Shown piece after piece: positions 62,256 through 64,000 of a stretch of 64,000 nucleotides of DNA (within the stretch, counting starts at the first letter, position 1; the number at the start of each line of letters is the position of its first letter). Source of the stretch: Candidatus Kinetoplastidibacterium crithidiae (GTDB lineage: Bacteria; Pseudomonadota; Gammaproteobacteria; Burkholderiales; Burkholderiaceae_B). The position numbers and the translations under genes were made by a program. The stretch is from positions 5,162 to 69,161 of the forward strand of contig JADMLC010000001.1 of the NCBI GenBank assembly GCA_019278155.1, read 5' to 3'. The notes under the pieces were generated by a model. The model did no database searches and had not been told where the DNA came from. It saw nothing but the letters and a program-made list of their open reading frames with translations.

Positions 62256-63005
62256 GTGATTTTTTTTGAGCATCCTTTTAATGAGCATATTCGAGCATAT
62301 TTGCGTTTAGAATATTTGTTTGATAGATTACTGTTTGCAATAAATAGCGATGATATTAGATTACATCAATTAGCAGTCTCTTCATTTTTTGATATTATCG
62401 AGCTTATTGAACGGTCAGATGTTAAGGGAGCCATTCTGCAAGATTTAGAGAAGCAACGTTTGTCTTTTTTGCGATTTCGTGAACATAATGCAGTTAATCA
62501 AAAAGTCCTTGAAGATGCATTGACAGAGATAGAAGGTATTAGTTCTAGATTAGCAACATCGGGTAGACCTGGTAATATTCTAAGAGATAATGAATGGTTA
62601 AATAGTGTCAGAAGCAAACTCCTAGTTTATGGATGTGCTGCGCAGGCTGATATGCCTTCATATCATTTTTGGCAACATAAGCCTAATGAAGAAAGAAGAA
62701 ACGATTTGTTGTCTTGGTTTTCTCATATTAGTCCTTTATTTGATGCTTTGAAAATAGTTCTTGATTTATTAAGAGAATCAGGAGAATTTTCAGAATTTTT
62801 GGCTGAAAAGGAAGGATATAAACAAATGTTAGGTGGAAAAATCTATCAATTGTTAAGAGTCGGCATTGATAGACGAGCTGGGGTTTTCCCAGAAATAAGT
62901 GCTAATAAACATATGATTTGGATAAGATTTTCTCTTCAAGATGAAAATTTTAAATCTAAATATGTAAAAGAAAATATTTTATTTGAAATGGCTTTATGTA
63001 AATAG
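62256..63005 (+). CDS. zapD: cell division protein ZapD
   Basis: 249 aa. N-terminal FEHPFNEHIRAYLRLEYLF matches the ZapD/YacF family, and the coaE-zapD neighbourhood is conserved. Confidence 0.8.
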   Translation: MIFFEHPFNEHIRAYLRLEYLFDRLLFAINSDDIRLHQLAVSSFFDIIELIERSDVKGAILQDLEKQRLSFLRFREHNAVNQKVLEDALTEIEGISSRLATSGRPGNILRDNEWLNSVRSKLLVYGCAAQADMPSYHFWQHKPNEERRNDLLSWFSHISPLFDALKIVLDLLRESGEFSEFLAEKEGYKQMLGGKIYQLLRVGIDRRAGVFPEISANKHMIWIRFSLQDENFKSKYVKENILFEMALCK

Positions 63006-63013
63006 ATGGTTTT

Positions 63014-63985
63014 TTATATAAAAGATCTGATTCCTGCTATTCCATGAGCTCCATGTTGATATGCTAATTCTCTACAATTTTCTGATTGACCACCTAGAGA
63101 AAATACCGGTAATCTTGCTTCTTTAACTAATCTTTGAAAATTGCTCCAACCTATCCCTAATTCACCAGGGTGTGTTAAGGTATTATTTACAGGTCCTAGG
63201 ACAGCGAAATCTGCGTTTAATTTATTAAAAGCAAATTCCAAATCATTACTATTATGTGTTGATGCAGCTGTTAGAAAATTAGAGTTTATTTTATTAGTCT
63301 CATGGGGGAAATTTTCCATATCTGTGGAACGTAAATGCACTCCATTTGCTTCTATCCACCATGATTCTGGATGGGAGCTATTTATTAGTAATCTAGCATT
63401 GTATTTTTTACACATGCTTAATACTAAATTCATTGCTTTATATAAAGATTTTGATGCCAGTCCATCTGGCCAGTCTGGTTCTCTAAATTGAACAAGAGAC
63501 AAACCTTTATTAAGAGCATTATTTAGTCTTATCAAGAATGAGTCGATGTTTTTTTCGTTCTGAATTGAAGTTATTCCATATGTATTAGGTATTTTTAACC
63601 ATCTTATAGGGTAGCAAGCACTTGGAAGCAAATTATCAATTTTATTGATTTGACTTATATTTACCCATTGCAGATTTTGCTTTTCCTTTCCATAAATAGT
63701 TCCTTGCCATTGAATTACTCTGTAAAATAACAAGTGATATTTTATATTTTGTTTATAGAATATATGATTTACCCATGGATAAGATTTTATTATATCTATG
63801 TCTAATTCTTCTTTAAGTTCCCTATTTAAGGTATGATTTGGAGATTCATTTTTTTCAACTTTCCCACCAGGAAATCCCCAATAAAATGGATAGGATTCAT
63901 TTTTAGGTCTTTGCTCTAGTAAAATTTCATTATTTTTATTTAATATTATTCCTATAGATACTTTTATAGTTATATTATTTGCCAT
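63014..63985 (-). CDS. fusion protein: MutT-type NUDIX hydrolase (N-terminal) plus ThiE/TenI-like thiamine-phosphate synthase fold (C-terminal)
   Basis: 323 aa. Nudix box GFPGGKVEKNESPNHTLNRELKEELDI at the N-terminus. The C-terminal ~190 aa resembles the TMP-synthase/TenI TIM barrel (VQFRE..., HLRS, ending LGGQ...GAHGIAGIRS). Confidence 0.75.
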   Translation of the reverse strand: MANNITIKVSIGIILNKNNEILLEQRPKNESYPFYWGFPGGKVEKNESPNHTLNRELKEELDIDIIKSYPWVNHIFYKQNIKYHLLFYRVIQWQGTIYGKEKQNLQWVNISQINKIDNLLPSACYPIRWLKIPNTYGITSIQNEKNIDSFLIRLNNALNKGLSLVQFREPDWPDGLASKSLYKAMNLVLSMCKKYNARLLINSSHPESWWIEANGVHLRSTDMENFPHETNKINSNFLTAASTHNSNDLEFAFNKLNADFAVLGPVNNTLTHPGELGIGWSNFQRLVKEARLPVFSLGGQSENCRELAYQHGAHGIAGIRSFI

Positions 63986-64000
63986 TTTTTGATACCCAAT

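Overview
AT-rich (roughly 30% GC by eye), very gene-dense bacterial chromosome segment with about 64 protein-coding genes and 3 tRNAs. I saw no rRNA, CRISPR array, transposase/integrase/phage genes, or recognisable defence or toxin-antitoxin modules. The content is core housekeeping and biosynthesis: topB, argD, dsbA, argS, leuA, prfC, sspAB, the full hisGDCBHAFIE operon fused behind murA, mlaFEDAC, a yadGH-like ABC-2 exporter, rpoH, glmUS, trpEGDC, gph-rpe, mltA, folB, atpIBEFHAGDC, hemE, priA, gshA, thiDG, coaE and zapD. From memory, this gene order matches Burkholderiales/Alcaligenaceae betaproteobacteria. Combined with low GC, tiny spacers, overlapping genes and missing accessory genes, it points to a reduced-genome endosymbiont. 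Candidatus Kinetoplastibacterium-like is my best guess, and that is inference only. The standard genetic code applies, since full-length conserved genes end at TGA as well as TAA/TAG. I found no convincing new multi-gene system. The best leads are small elements the six-frame ORF track cannot show. (1) A Trp-codon leader peptide plus attenuator terminator lies upstream of trpE. (2) An unlisted 44-aa tatA micro-ORF carries A8-A9 homopolymers and is followed by a 566-bp non-coding stretch where tatBC would be expected. (3) A Na+/H+ antiporter is fused to a cyclic-nucleotide-binding domain that seems to lack the phosphate-binding arginine. (4) Several statistically non-random perfect hairpins sit at gene ends. 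(5) Two consensus DnaA boxes sit in the hemE-priA spacer. Most plus/minus shadow ORFs in the track are antisense artefacts of the real genes.
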